Shown piece after piece: positions 18,760 through 28,752 of a DNA stretch of 64,000 bases. The notes under the pieces were generated by a model, which was not told where the DNA came from, did not search any database, and was given only the letters and a program-made list of their open reading frames with translations. Where the stretch lies: positions 268,551-332,550 of the forward strand of contig CP129473.1 in the NCBI GenBank assembly GCA_030583745.1, read 5' to 3'. This stretch comes from Minisyncoccota bacterium. GTDB taxonomy: Bacteria; Patescibacteriota; Minisyncoccia; Phycocordibacterales; BOKC01. How positions within the stretch are numbered: position 1 is the stretch's first letter; every line of letters begins with the position of its first letter. The translations under genes were made by a program, and so were the position numbers.

Positions 18760-19998
18760 CTAATTTTTTAATATTTCAATAGCTTTCTCCAAGACCAAGT
18801 CATACTCACTTTCCAAATCTTCCGACTCTATTTCCACCTCTATATCTGGCTCCAAACCGCCAAGAGAAATTGATTTTCCATTTGGCGTAACCCAACGAGC
18901 CACAGTCACCTTAAGAGAGGTGTCGGGGGTTACCCTGACAAGCTCCTGCACTGAACCCTTACCAAATGACTGATTTCCGACAATTGTCGCCACTCCGTGT
19001 TCCTGCAAAGCCCCGGCCAATATCTCCGAAGCTGAAGCACTGCCTTTATCAATTAATACAACCATTTTTAAATCATTACCAAAAATATTATAACCGCGGC
19101 TCCTATGAACTATATCCTCTCGCCGTCCACCAAAGTCTTCTTTTATCACCACTTTTCCTGCTGGCAAAAACCAACTGGCAATATCAACTGATGCGTTCAA
19201 AAATCCGCCGGGATTACCTCGCAAATCCAAAATCAATTTTCTCTCTCCAACTCGACTTCCCAAAATAAATTCTCTCAAAGCATTCCGAAAAACACCCTGG
19301 GCATTGCCAGAAAAATTGTAGAGTCGAATAATAAAAATATCGTCACGCCATTCGGTGTCGAGAGTCGGAATATCAATCGTATCTCGGATCAAAGTAATTT
19401 CAACCGGCTCATTAGAGTCTTCTCTGAAAAGTATGAGGGAAACAGGGGTTCCTTTTTTTCCACGAATCAAACTAATCGCTTCCTCAATACCAAGATTTAG
19501 AGTCTCTTTATCATCAATCTTAAAAATTTTGTCACCTGCCTTTATCCCAGCTCGATAGGCCGGAGTATTTTTCAAAGGCGCGATGACGGTTAAAACACCA
19601 TCCCTTATTCCGACTTCCATGCCAACTCCTTCAAAAGCACCACTTATTTCTTCTTCAAAAACCTCAAGTTCTTTCGGGGTTAAAAAGGTGGTGTTAGGGT
19701 CACCAAGTGATCGCACCATTCCCTTTATTGCCCCCCAAACTCTTTCTTGTCCGGAAATTGTTTTGTCTCTTGTTTCCAAGTCCGGTGGAACATATTTTTC
19801 ATCAATCAAATTCCAAACTCGCCAAAAAGAAGAAAAGTCAGCAGTAATTTCTGTCGTATGTTCTTTACCCTCAAGACCACTGACTTTGGAAATTTCCGAT
19901 ACCTGGCCTGCACCAAAATAAAAACCTAAGAAAAAAAATAGTACCGATAAGACTATCGGCTTTAAAAAACTTCTCCTATTTTGGTCTTTATCTTCCAT
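18760..19998 (-). CDS. ctpA: Carboxy-terminal processing peptidase (S41, tail-specific protease) with PDZ domain
   Basis: GNPGGFLNASVDIA and SASASEILAGALQ motifs. Start at the internal ATG (MEDKDQ...), which follows a terminator on the same strand. Confidence 0.85.
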   Translation of the reverse strand: MEDKDQNRRSFLKPIVLSVLFFFLGFYFGAGQVSEISKVSGLEGKEHTTEITADFSSFWRVWNLIDEKYVPPDLETRDKTISGQERVWGAIKGMVRSLGDPNTTFLTPKELEVFEEEISGAFEGVGMEVGIRDGVLTVIAPLKNTPAYRAGIKAGDKIFKIDDKETLNLGIEEAISLIRGKKGTPVSLILFREDSNEPVEITLIRDTIDIPTLDTEWRDDIFIIRLYNFSGNAQGVFRNALREFILGSRVGERKLILDLRGNPGGFLNASVDIASWFLPAGKVVIKEDFGGRREDIVHRSRGYNIFGNDLKMVVLIDKGSASASEILAGALQEHGVATIVGNQSFGKGSVQELVRVTPDTSLKVTVARWVTPNGKSISLGGLEPDIEVEIESEDLESEYDLVLEKAIEILKN

Positions 19999-20013
19999 AG
20001 TCAAATCATTATT

Positions 20014-20053
20014 GCAAAAAAAAGAGCGCGCCGCAAGGAGCGACGCGCGCGAC
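20014..20053 (-). terminator. Rho-independent terminator for the minus-strand small gene
   Basis: GC-rich imperfect hairpin GCGCGC(C)GC...GCG(A)CGCGCGC followed by T8 on the minus strand. Confidence 0.5.
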
Positions 20054-20057
20054 AAAC

Positions 20058-20333
20058 TCACTCTGGACTGGAGAAGACCATGAGTGAGACAGGGAGTCCT
20101 ATCATAAAGACCAAAACCCCAAAAATCCATCCAACGACCGGCTCTACTCCCAGTCCGAAGGTAAAGCCGGTTACAATAGACAGTGCTGTAGAGAAAGCTA
20201 GAACAGACAGGCAAATTCTTTGCTTGACCGCCCTCGGCATCTTCGCTGATCCGTGTTTCCTCATCGTATTCTCCTTTCTACTTCTTATTTTAGCACTAAA
20301 ATATTTTTTGTCAATCTTTTGAAATAAAAGCAT
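20058..20333 (-). CDS. Small hypothetical membrane protein
   Basis: 91-aa ORF with two hydrophobic helices and its own terminator. Confidence 0.35.
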   Translation of the reverse strand: MLLFQKIDKKYFSAKIRSRKENTMRKHGSAKMPRAVKQRICLSVLAFSTALSIVTGFTFGLGVEPVVGWIFGVLVFMIGLPVSLMVFSSPE

Positions 20334-20363
20334 ACAAGTTAAAATTAAAGCTCTGAAATCTCA

Positions 20364-21731
20364 ATGATTAAATTTTTCAACACTCTGACTCGCAAAAAAG
20401 AGAATTTTCGTCCGATAAAAAAGAAAGCAGTACAAATCTACAGCTGTGGTCCGACCGTCTATGACCGCCAGCATATCGGCAACCTTCGTTCAGCGGTCAT
20501 CTGGGATATTTTGCGCCGGACTTTGGAATTCAACGGCCTAAAAGTCCGGCAGGTCGTAAACATTACCGACTTTGGCCACCTGACCTCTGACGCTGATTCC
20601 GGCGAAGATAAGATGACTAAAGGACTTAAAAAAGAGGGGCTGGCCCTAACTCTTGAAAACATGAAAAAACTCGGAGAAAAATACGCCGAGTTTTATCTCG
20701 ATGATAGAAAAAAATTAAATACTCTCTCCCCTTTCAAGTTTCCCTTTGCCAGCGACCACATATCTGAAGATATTGAGTTCATAAAAAAACTGGAAAAAAA
20801 GGGATATGTTTACATTTTAGACGACGGAGTATATTTTGAGACCGAAAAATTTCCGGCTTATGGAAAACTTGGCGGCCTGTCGGAAATTCAAGAAACCCGT
20901 ATCGGCAAGAATCAAAAAAAGAAAAATCCGAGAGATTTTGTTTTGTGGAAAATGAATGAAAAAATCGGTTGGGATAGCCCTTGGGGCAAAGGTTTTCCCG
21001 GTTGGCACATTGAGTGTTCGGTAATGAGCGAGAAATATCTTGGTAAAACTTTTGACATCCATACTGGTGGCATAGAACACATTCCGATTCACCATAATAA
21101 TGAAATTGCTCAAAGTGAATCGGTAAACGGAAAAAAGATGGCCAACTTTTGGATGCACAACGAACACCTGATAATGCCCGAAGGTAAAATGGCAAAGTCG
21201 CTCGGTAACACCATAACGCTAACAGAAATTGAAGAAAAAGGATTTGACCCGCTGGCTTTCCGATATTGGCTTTTAGGCGCGCATTATCGCTCCCCTATTT
21301 CTTTTTCTTGGGACGCTCTTGAGGCCTCGCAAACTGCTTTTGAAAAAATTAAAAATCAAATTCAAGAAATCAAAAGTAAAGGAAAAATGTCAGACAGACA
21401 TTTGAAGAAATTTAAAGAAGCTGTCAATGATGATTTAAATACCCCAAAAGCTCTTGCAATTCTTTGGGAGGTCTTGAAAGATGAAAGTTTAACACCTCAA
21501 GACAAGAAAAAAACTGTTCTGGAAATGGATAAAGTTTTCGGGCTGGGCTTGGCGACTCTCAAAAAAGAATCGATCACAATTCCTTCTGAAGTCAAAAGTT
21601 TGGTCGAGCAAAGAGAAAAAGCCCGCCGAGAAAAAAACTGGGGTGAAGCCGATAGATTAAGGAGTGAAATAGAAAAGAAGGGTTTTGAAATTAAAGACAC
21701 AAACAAAGGGCCGGTGATAAAGAATTGCTAA
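20364..21731 (+). CDS. cysS: Cysteinyl-tRNA synthetase
   Basis: [15 protein letters not shown]...YSCGPTVYD...HIGN and KMAKSLGN motifs. Very close to canonical CysRS. Confidence 0.9.
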   Translation: MIKFFNTLTRKKENFRPIKKKAVQIYSCGPTVYDRQHIGNLRSAVIWDILRRTLEFNGLKVRQVVNITDFGHLTSDADSGEDKMTKGLKKEGLALTLENMKKLGEKYAEFYLDDRKKLNTLSPFKFPFASDHISEDIEFIKKLEKKGYVYILDDGVYFETEKFPAYGKLGGLSEIQETRIGKNQKKKNPRDFVLWKMNEKIGWDSPWGKGFPGWHIECSVMSEKYLGKTFDIHTGGIEHIPIHHNNEIAQSESVNGKKMANFWMHNEHLIMPEGKMAKSLGNTITLTEIEEKGFDPLAFRYWLLGAHYRSPISFSWDALEASQTAFEKIKNQIQEIKSKGKMSDRHLKKFKEAVNDDLNTPKALAILWEVLKDESLTPQDKKKTVLEMDKVFGLGLATLKKESITIPSEVKSLVEQREKARREKNWGEADRLRSEIEKKGFEIKDTNKGPVIKNC

Positions 21732-21844
21732 TATTTAACATCGGATTCATCAACACGACGTGGGGATGTTAATACAAAAAATATAAAAAAAGCGTCCGAC
21801 CGTAAGATGCGGGGACGCCTTGTGTCTTGACCATGTGAGTTCGA

Positions 21845-22252
21845 CTAGATGATTTCATTTTCTCCGAGAAAACGTATGACACAGCCGAACTCAAGCGGAA
21901 TTTCTTCACTAAAATTCTCAAGAACCTTGAGCGTACGGCGCCTCAAAGCATCCAGATCTTGAGCTGTCAGTTCCTTAGCCATCTCATTGTGTGCTGACCT
22001 CAGTATTCTTTGAATAAGAGGAGATTTAGGATCATAGAATCCTTGCCTGATAGACAGAGCGTATTCTGTATCATGCCACAACGAGAAAGATGCCTGGAGG
22101 AGAAAATCTGGTACTTCCATTCCTCTCACCCCTGCTCTCATCTTCTGATAGCGTTGCCTTCTTTCTAACACAAGAAGGAGAAGTTCATCTTCTGGCTTCA
22201 AGGCCATTGATCTGATCATCTTCATTCGCTGACGACCATTTTTTATGAACAC
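21845..22252 (-). CDS. Hypothetical protein (moderately high-GC ORFan)
   Basis: RBS AAGGAG followed by a GTG start. No recognisable domain. Confidence 0.4.
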   Translation of the reverse strand: MFIKNGRQRMKMIRSMALKPEDELLLLVLERRQRYQKMRAGVRGMEVPDFLLQASFSLWHDTEYALSIRQGFYDPKSPLIQRILRSAHNEMAKELTAQDLDALRRRTLKVLENFSEEIPLEFGCVIRFLGENEII

Positions 22253-22348
22253 TTACAATCTCCTTTCTTCTTTCTGAAGGGAGCTTTTTCTCCAGCACAA
22301 TGCCAGAGATTACATCTCTTAAAAACCTAGCAGATTACTACCCTCTTG

Positions 22349-23053
22349 TCAAGTTTTGGATTCCCGAGTTCCAGAAAGCAATTCTTTCTCCGCTGTTTCC
22401 AAATCGTTCGGAGCTGTTTGGGAGAGCCAGAATTTGCTTTTAACAACTTTTATTGAGAATTTTCCCAAAAGTGGAATAAGTGTTTGCGGTAAACCATATT
22501 CTGTCTTGCCGGGAATTTGGACTAAATCATAATCAAAAATTTCCGGACCTAAAACATAAAGTCCGGCATTTACCAAAGCGTTGTGTTCGTGATGGTGCGC
22601 GCCTTCAACAATGTCTTTCAAACTGCCGTCCGGATTCAAAACAACTTTTCCGCCGGCTTCCAAAAAATCAACTTCTTTCACTAAAACCGCCCAATCTTCT
22701 TTGAGGCACGCATCAATATCTTCTTTGCAGTAAATATCATCACCCATCAAAACTAAAAATCTTCCTTTTAAAAGGCCTTTCGCCTGCCACAGGGCATGAG
22801 CGGTTCCCTTCAATTCTTTCTGCCAAACGTAAGAAATTTTTTTGTCTTTGTATTGGTCTCCCAGAGATTCAATAATCTGTTCGCCGTGATAACCAACAAT
22901 AATAATTATTTCGTGAATGCTTTCCGGTAACTCATCAAGCTTCCGCTCAAGAAGGGTTTTGCCCAACACTTTTAAAAGTGGCTTTGGAGTTCCATTGGTC
23001 AAGTCCCCCATTCTGGTTCCCCTGCCGGCTGCTAAAATTACTGCTTTCCACAT
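22349..23053 (-). CDS. Sugar-phosphate nucleotidyltransferase (NTP_transferase family)
   Basis: N-terminal AVILAAGRGTRMG signature. Confidence 0.75.
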   Translation of the reverse strand: MWKAVILAAGRGTRMGDLTNGTPKPLLKVLGKTLLERKLDELPESIHEIIIIVGYHGEQIIESLGDQYKDKKISYVWQKELKGTAHALWQAKGLLKGRFLVLMGDDIYCKEDIDACLKEDWAVLVKEVDFLEAGGKVVLNPDGSLKDIVEGAHHHEHNALVNAGLYVLGPEIFDYDLVQIPGKTEYGLPQTLIPLLGKFSIKVVKSKFWLSQTAPNDLETAEKELLSGTRESKT

Positions 23054-23094
23054 ATTGCTAACAGCTTTTAAATACTAAAAACGTTGTCGGGTAA

Positions 23095-24495
23095 TTGCCT
23101 TATGGTAATATGAGATTAATGGCAAAGCAACCTTTCAACCTAAGAATCCCACCGCAGTCTCTAGATGCTGAAAAAGCCCTTCTTGGTTCAATAATGCTCC
23201 GGAGTGATACTCTCTATGAAATTATAGACATCATCGCGCCAACGACTTTTTACGCCAGAAAACATCGCTTGATTTTTGAGGCGATGATGGATCTTTTCAA
23301 GAAAAACAATCCGATTGATTTACTCTCGGTCTCTTCGCGTTTGGCGGAGAAAAAAGTGCTAGAAGAAATTGGAGGGGCGAGCTATCTGACAGAAATTGCC
23401 AATGGCGTTCCAACCGCCACCAACGTCCGTCATTACGCTGAAATAGTCAGAAAAAAACACATTATGCGACTTCTGATTGAGGCCTCCGAACAAATCGCCA
23501 ATTTGGGATATGACGAAGCGTCAGAATTGGAAGAAATTTTAGACCGCGCTGAAAAACAAGTCTTTGAAATAACATCCACAGGTAGCACTTTTCGTTTTTC
23601 CGAATTGAAAAACGAACTGTCAGAGGCCTGGGAGCGTTTGGATAGATTGCACAATATGAAAGGTGAACACCGCGGAGTACCGACCGGTTTTCCAGAAATT
23701 GACCACAAACTAGCCGGCCTACAAAATTCCGACTTGATAATTTTGGCCGCCAGACCGTCAATGGGAAAAACCTCCTTGGCACTTGATATCGCTCGACAGA
23801 CTGCCGTCAATCATGGAAATCCAGTCGGAATCTTTTCTCTGGAAATGAGCTCGCAACAACTAGTAGATCGACTGCTTGCCGCTCAAGCTCAAGTTGACGC
23901 TTGGAAATTGCGAACTGGAAAACTCTCGCGTGAGGAAGATTTCGCCGCTATCCGTCAGTCTCTGGACAAACTCTCCCAAGCCCCAATCTTTATCGACGAC
24001 CAGCCGGGTAGTAATATCTTAAAAATGCGAGCGGTAGCAAGACGACTAAAAGCCGAAAAGGGCTTGAAGCTTTTGATTGTTGACTATCTTCAACTTATGG
24101 TGCCAGTCGGCGCCAGAGCCAACGACAATCTGGTCCAGCAAGTGACTGAAATTTCAAGGTCCTTAAAACATTTGGCGCGCGAACTTGATATTCCGGTTTT
24201 AGCACTCTCCCAGCTTTCTAGAGCGGTGGAGTCGCGTGGTGGTCGGCCTCGACTTTCGGATCTTCGTGATTCAGGATCATTAGAACAAGATGCGGATGTT
24301 GTAATGTTTATCCACCGCGAAGATAGATACAAAGAAGATTCGGATAAAACCAACATTGCTGAAATTTTGATTGAAAAGCATCGCAACGGCGAAACTGGCA
24401 AAGTTGAACTTTATTTCAACGACAAAAAAGCGACTTTCCAAAATATAGATAAAAGTAATTTTGGTGGCGCCGAACTTTCATCTGAAGATTTCTAA
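23095..24495 (+). CDS. dnaB: Replicative DNA helicase DnaB
   Basis: DnaB N-domain (SLDAEKALLGSIM). Walker A ARPSMGKTSLALDIA. Arginine finger region. The true start may be the ATG at 23119. Confidence 0.9.
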   Translation: MPYGNMRLMAKQPFNLRIPPQSLDAEKALLGSIMLRSDTLYEIIDIIAPTTFYARKHRLIFEAMMDLFKKNNPIDLLSVSSRLAEKKVLEEIGGASYLTEIANGVPTATNVRHYAEIVRKKHIMRLLIEASEQIANLGYDEASELEEILDRAEKQVFEITSTGSTFRFSELKNELSEAWERLDRLHNMKGEHRGVPTGFPEIDHKLAGLQNSDLIILAARPSMGKTSLALDIARQTAVNHGNPVGIFSLEMSSQQLVDRLLAAQAQVDAWKLRTGKLSREEDFAAIRQSLDKLSQAPIFIDDQPGSNILKMRAVARRLKAEKGLKLLIVDYLQLMVPVGARANDNLVQQVTEISRSLKHLARELDIPVLALSQLSRAVESRGGRPRLSDLRDSGSLEQDADVVMFIHREDRYKEDSDKTNIAEILIEKHRNGETGKVELYFNDKKATFQNIDKSNFGGAELSSEDF

Positions 24496-24496
24496 A

Positions 24497-25114
24497 ATGA
24501 CCGAGCAAATTACAAAACTTGCCGAACTTTTTTCGCGTTTCCCCGGAGTTGGGCAGAAGCAAGCCAAAAGATTTGTTTATTTTTTGCTCGGGCAAAATCC
24601 GGTTTTCACAAAAAAACTGATTCAAGAAATAGATTTGCTGAAAAAAAGCGCTTCAGCTTGCCACGAATGTTTTCGTTTCTTCTTCAACCCAAATGATAAA
24701 AATCTCTGCTCAATTTGTAGTGACGGAAAACGAGAGAAAATTTTGATGATTGTCAGTCGAGATTTGGATATTGAAAATATAGAAAAAGCCGGTGAGTTTA
24801 AGGGGCGATATTTTGTTTTGGGCGGCAGTTTGCCGATTTTGGAAAAAGAACCGGCAAAAAAGATTAGAATCATAGAACTTCTAAATTATTTGGAAAAACT
24901 GGGACACGGAAAACATGTTGGCGAAATAATTTTAGCGACCGACTTCAATCCGGAAGGTGAAAACACCGCCGAGTTTGTCAAAAAACAAATAGAACCGCTT
25001 TCAAAAAAATTTGGCTTTAAAATTTCATCTTTAGGCAAGGGCTTGTCGCTTGGCACCGAACTTGAATACTCCGATCCGGAAACCATTAAAAATGCCCTGA
25101 AAAATAGACATTAA
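24497..25114 (+). CDS. recR: Recombination protein RecR
   Basis: HhH (RFPGVGQKQAKRF), C4 zinc finger (CHEC...CSIC) and Toprim domain. Start is 1 nt after the dnaB stop. Confidence 0.85.
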   Translation: MTEQITKLAELFSRFPGVGQKQAKRFVYFLLGQNPVFTKKLIQEIDLLKKSASACHECFRFFFNPNDKNLCSICSDGKREKILMIVSRDLDIENIEKAGEFKGRYFVLGGSLPILEKEPAKKIRIIELLNYLEKLGHGKHVGEIILATDFNPEGENTAEFVKKQIEPLSKKFGFKISSLGKGLSLGTELEYSDPETIKNALKNRH

Positions 25115-25285
25115 AAAAATCCCGATTTTAGCTATATTTTGAGACTACAGAAAAGAAGGAAAGAGAGAAAACTATTGGTTCCGACTGGCAGGGGGTTTCT
25201 TTTTCTTGCAACTTATTCCTTATTTGGTAATATCTCAACGGAAAAAAGGAGGGCTTGTGGCTTCTCCGAAAAAAAGGAGGCGAAG

Positions 25286-25867
25286 ATGGGAAAGTCCGGC
25301 TCTCTCACAATGGATATCACTTTCGTTGCTTTGATACTCTTTATTTTTGGCGCTCCTGTTTTTTGGTTGCTCCTTGACTCTCCACATCAAGTGGCAACGA
25401 GAAAACAACCAGACAAACCACCGGTACTTCAAGAACAACAGCAAATTCAGAAGCCGGAGCCGGAACAGACAGAAAACCCATGGCACCAGTGGGAGAAAGA
25501 GATGGTCAAGCTGCTCGGCGGCAAGATCACAAATCTCTCGCCCGAGGACATCGAACGGATGAATTCGGGGATTGATGTGAGCCACTGGCGCCTCGGCGAA
25601 GCCGGCGATTTGGTCAGATTCCAAGACGGCTTCGTCTGGGTGGTTGAATCAGTCTGGCCGGAAGGGTTGAATCTCATCACCTTCCGCTCGAGGGATACTC
25701 TCGGAATCTTCCTGCCGATCTTCAAGTTCCACGTTCTCTCCGACACGGCGGACTTGATCAGCCGCGGAGATCCGAGCAATCCGGAGGAAGAGTGGCGAGA
25801 AGGGGTGGAAGAGCTCTTCCGTCAACAGTTTGACTGGCCCGGAGAAATCCAAAAGCCGTCATCCTAG
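25286..25867 (+). CDS. Hypothetical membrane-anchored protein (high-GC ORFan)
   Basis: Strong RBS GGAGG. N-terminal TM, a Pro/Gln-rich linker and a C-terminal globular region. Followed by a GC-rich terminator. Confidence 0.5.
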   Translation: MGKSGSLTMDITFVALILFIFGAPVFWLLLDSPHQVATRKQPDKPPVLQEQQQIQKPEPEQTENPWHQWEKEMVKLLGGKITNLSPEDIERMNSGIDVSHWRLGEAGDLVRFQDGFVWVVESVWPEGLNLITFRSRDTLGIFLPIFKFHVLSDTADLISRGDPSNPEEEWREGVEELFRQQFDWPGEIQKPSS

Positions 25868-25882
25868 ACCGACGCATTCAAC

Positions 25883-25914
25883 GCGCGGGCGAATTCTCGC
25901 CCGCGCTTTTTTTT
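25883..25914 (+). terminator. Rho-independent terminator
   Basis: GCGCGGGCGA-attc-TCGCCCGCGC followed by T8. Confidence 0.75.
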
Positions 25915-26258
25915 GGTTGTAGAAAATGACCCGCAGATCCAATCAGCAATGTTTTACACTTGAGTTAAGGTTGAGTAAGCGCGGGGTTGTTTTTTAAATT
26001 TTATTAAAAAACCCGACCCACTAAACACTACTATACTATATAGTATGATAGTGCTCTGATTCTATAAAAATTTCGAAACATCAACAAAAATCGGAAAATG
26101 ATATTTAGACAAAATAATCGATATCATATCCACAACAAAACATATATAAAAATTACATAAAAAGTTCAGTAAAAAAACACATTGCAACGATGGCAAACAA
26201 TGGCAAACTTGATGTGAGGGCTTGCTAAAAAAAATGTTTTAATATATTACTTAATCCC

Positions 26259-28454
26259 ATGACAACTACACTAGTCATAGTAGAGTCGCCTGCTAAAGAG
26301 AAAACAATTTCAAAATATCTGGGCAAGGGCTACACGGTTAAGGCCTCAATTGGCCATATCCGCGATCTGCCAAAAAGTAATAAAAAAGCTATAGATATTG
26401 AAGCTGGCTTCGTGCCACATTATGAAATTTCCCCGGGCAAAGAAAGAGTGGTTGCGGAAATTAAAAACTCGGCGAGAAAGGCCGACGAAATTTTGTTAGC
26501 AACCGATCCAGATCGAGAGGGCGAAGCCATTGCATGGCATATTTCTAAAGCCGCTGATTTGAAAAATCCTAAAAGGATAGTTTTTTATGAAATTACAAAA
26601 GATGCGGTGTTGGAAGCTTTAAAACATCCGAGGAAAATTGATATAAATCTAAAAGAAGCCCAAGAAGCGAGAAGGGTTCTCGATCGACTTGTCGGCTATG
26701 ACCTTTCTGGGCTTATTTGGAAAAAAGTTCGGTATGGACTTTCAGCCGGCCGAGTTCAATCCCCCGCACTTCGAATAATAATGGAGCGCGAGCGAGAGAT
26801 CAGAGCTTTTGAATCTCATAAATTTTGGGTCATAACGGCAGACGTATTAAATAAGAATAAAGAACCTCTCACCCTGACTTGTTCGGAAGAACCAACCGAT
26901 TTTCAAGAGGTTCAAAGAATTCTGGAAAACGGCAAGGTGGCGAAGTGGCGAGTTAAGGAAGTAAAAGAGAGCGAAGCAAAAAGATCGCCGAGGGCACCCT
27001 TTATCACCTCAACGCTTCAACAAACCGCGAGCTCGCGACTCGGCTTTTCTCCGGCAAAAACCATGTCCGTCGCGCAAAAACTTTATGAGGCCGGACTGAT
27101 TACATACATGAGAACGGACAGTACAAACTTAAGTTCGTCTGCTCAAGCCCAAATTGCCAAAATCATCAACGAAAAATACGGTAAAGACTACTTTTCACCA
27201 AGAAACTACAAGACCAAAAGCAAATCCGCCCAAGAAGCTCACGAAGCTATTCGACCATCAGATGCCAGCAAAGAAATGGCGGGCCAAAATGAAGACCAGA
27301 AAAAATTATATAGACTGATTTGGCAAAGAACTGTAAGTTCGCAAATGTCGGACGCTAAAATCTTGAGAAGCAAAATAACCGCAAAGACCACCGAATCTGA
27401 CATACCGGAATTTTACGCCACTGGCTCCCGAATTATTTTTGACGGCTGGCTTAAAGTTGACTCGGCTGCCAAAGGAGAAGATCTGATCTTGCCCAAAGTT
27501 TCCGAGGGTGAAGAGTTGTTTCTTCAAGAAATCAAAACTGAAGAAAAAGAAACACAGCCGCCGTCGCGTTATACTGAAGCCGGCTTAATTAAGGAATTGG
27601 AAAAAAGAGGAATCGGCCGGCCTTCAACCTACGCTTCCATTATTAAAACCATTCAAGATCGCGGTTATGTTGAGAAACGTCCGGAAACTGGCGGAAAAGC
27701 CCTGTTCCCCACTGATACGGGCGACGTGGTCAGCACTTTTTTGGAAGAAAATTTTACTCAATACGTAAGCGATACTTTCACCGCGGAGATGGAAGATAAG
27801 CTCGACCTTGTCGCGCAAGGAAAATTAAAATACGAAGAAATTTTGGGGGATTTTTATAAACCTTTTCTTAAAGAAGTAAAATCAAAAGAAAAAATGGAAA
27901 AAATAACCAATCTGGGGAAAGCGGACGCGAAACTCAAATGTCCAAAATGTAAAAGTCCCATGATTATCAAACTTAGCAAGTCTGGAAAGTTTTTAAGCTG
28001 TGAAAAATTCCCAGAATGTAGCGGTGCTAGAACAATTGAAGGTGAGGAACTTCAAGGTCCAAAAGAAACCGGCGAAGACTGCCCAGAATGCAGTAAGGGT
28101 CGGCTCATAGAAAGAGACGGTAGATACGGCCGGTTTGTTTCTTGTAATCGCTATCCAAAATGCAAATTTATCAAAAAAGACCCGGAGGCAGAAAAGAAGG
28201 CCTCAACCGGTGTCAAATGCCCAGAATGTAATTCGCCAGATGGCGGAGGAGAGCTGACAGAAAAACGCGGACGTTTCGGAGTTTTTTACGCTTGCACAAA
28301 TTATCCGAAATGTAAATTTACAATCAAATCAAAACCGACCGGCGAAATCTGTAAGCTCTGTGGTTCACTTATGATGGAAGGGACAAAAACAATCCCAGAA
28401 AGATGTTCGGATAAAAATTGTCCTAATCATAATCCGCATAAACTAAACAAATAG
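26259..28454 (+). CDS. topA: DNA topoisomerase I
   Basis: Toprim N-terminus (LVIVESPAKEKTISKYLG), type IA core, and three C-terminal C4 zinc ribbons. Confidence 0.9.
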   Translation: MTTTLVIVESPAKEKTISKYLGKGYTVKASIGHIRDLPKSNKKAIDIEAGFVPHYEISPGKERVVAEIKNSARKADEILLATDPDREGEAIAWHISKAADLKNPKRIVFYEITKDAVLEALKHPRKIDINLKEAQEARRVLDRLVGYDLSGLIWKKVRYGLSAGRVQSPALRIIMEREREIRAFESHKFWVITADVLNKNKEPLTLTCSEEPTDFQEVQRILENGKVAKWRVKEVKESEAKRSPRAPFITSTLQQTASSRLGFSPAKTMSVAQKLYEAGLITYMRTDSTNLSSSAQAQIAKIINEKYGKDYFSPRNYKTKSKSAQEAHEAIRPSDASKEMAGQNEDQKKLYRLIWQRTVSSQMSDAKILRSKITAKTTESDIPEFYATGSRIIFDGWLKVDSAAKGEDLILPKVSEGEELFLQEIKTEEKETQPPSRYTEAGLIKELEKRGIGRPSTYASIIKTIQDRGYVEKRPETGGKALFPTDTGDVVSTFLEENFTQYVSDTFTAEMEDKLDLVAQGKLKYEEILGDFYKPFLKEVKSKEKMEKITNLGKADAKLKCPKCKSPMIIKLSKSGKFLSCEKFPECSGARTIEGEELQGPKETGEDCPECSKGRLIERDGRYGRFVSCNRYPKCKFIKKDPEAEKKASTGVKCPECNSPDGGGELTEKRGRFGVFYACTNYPKCKFTIKSKPTGEICKLCGSLMMEGTKTIPERCSDKNCPNHNPHKLNK

Positions 28455-28668
28455 TCTTCAGGGGAGCACGCAACCTGCGTTGCGTGCGTAGATTGTTTTT
28501 GTCGGGCGGAGCGATGCCGAGCGAGCTCGCGAGGCAGCGAGCCGGGGTCGCGAAGTTTTACGAGCGGCGGCGAGTAAAATATTTGTGACCAAAAACAATC
28601 CCAGAAAGATGTTCGGATAAAAATTGTCCTAATCATAATCCGCATAAACCAAACGATAAAATACAAAA
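28385..28668 (+). repeat. Direct duplication (~70 bp) of the topA 3' end flanking a 137-bp GC-rich insert
   Basis: 28385-28454 and 28592-28668 are near-identical (aaaaacaatcccagaaagatgttcggataaaaattgtcctaatcataatccgcataaac...). The segment between them is GC-rich with the hairpin GCACGCAAC-ctgc-GTTGCGTGC. Confidence 0.7.
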
Positions 28669-28752
28669 ACCGACCACCTAATTAAAGTATAGGGGGGGGC
28701 TTGGGATCGCTCTTCACTCTCCCCTTTCGCAAGTTTATAGTATTATGAAAGA

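Noticed and set aside
26120-26135. DnaA-box-like ATATCCACA, as a possible oriC near dnaB/recR/topA
   Set aside because: It is a single 8/9 match. No cluster of boxes, AT-rich unwinding element or dnaA/dnaN gene is present, so there is not enough evidence for an origin.
28427-28666. 79-aa minus-strand ORF spanning the topA 3'-end duplication and GC-rich insert
   Set aside because: It runs antisense through the duplicated topA end and the hairpin-rich insert. It has no RBS and is more likely non-coding structure.
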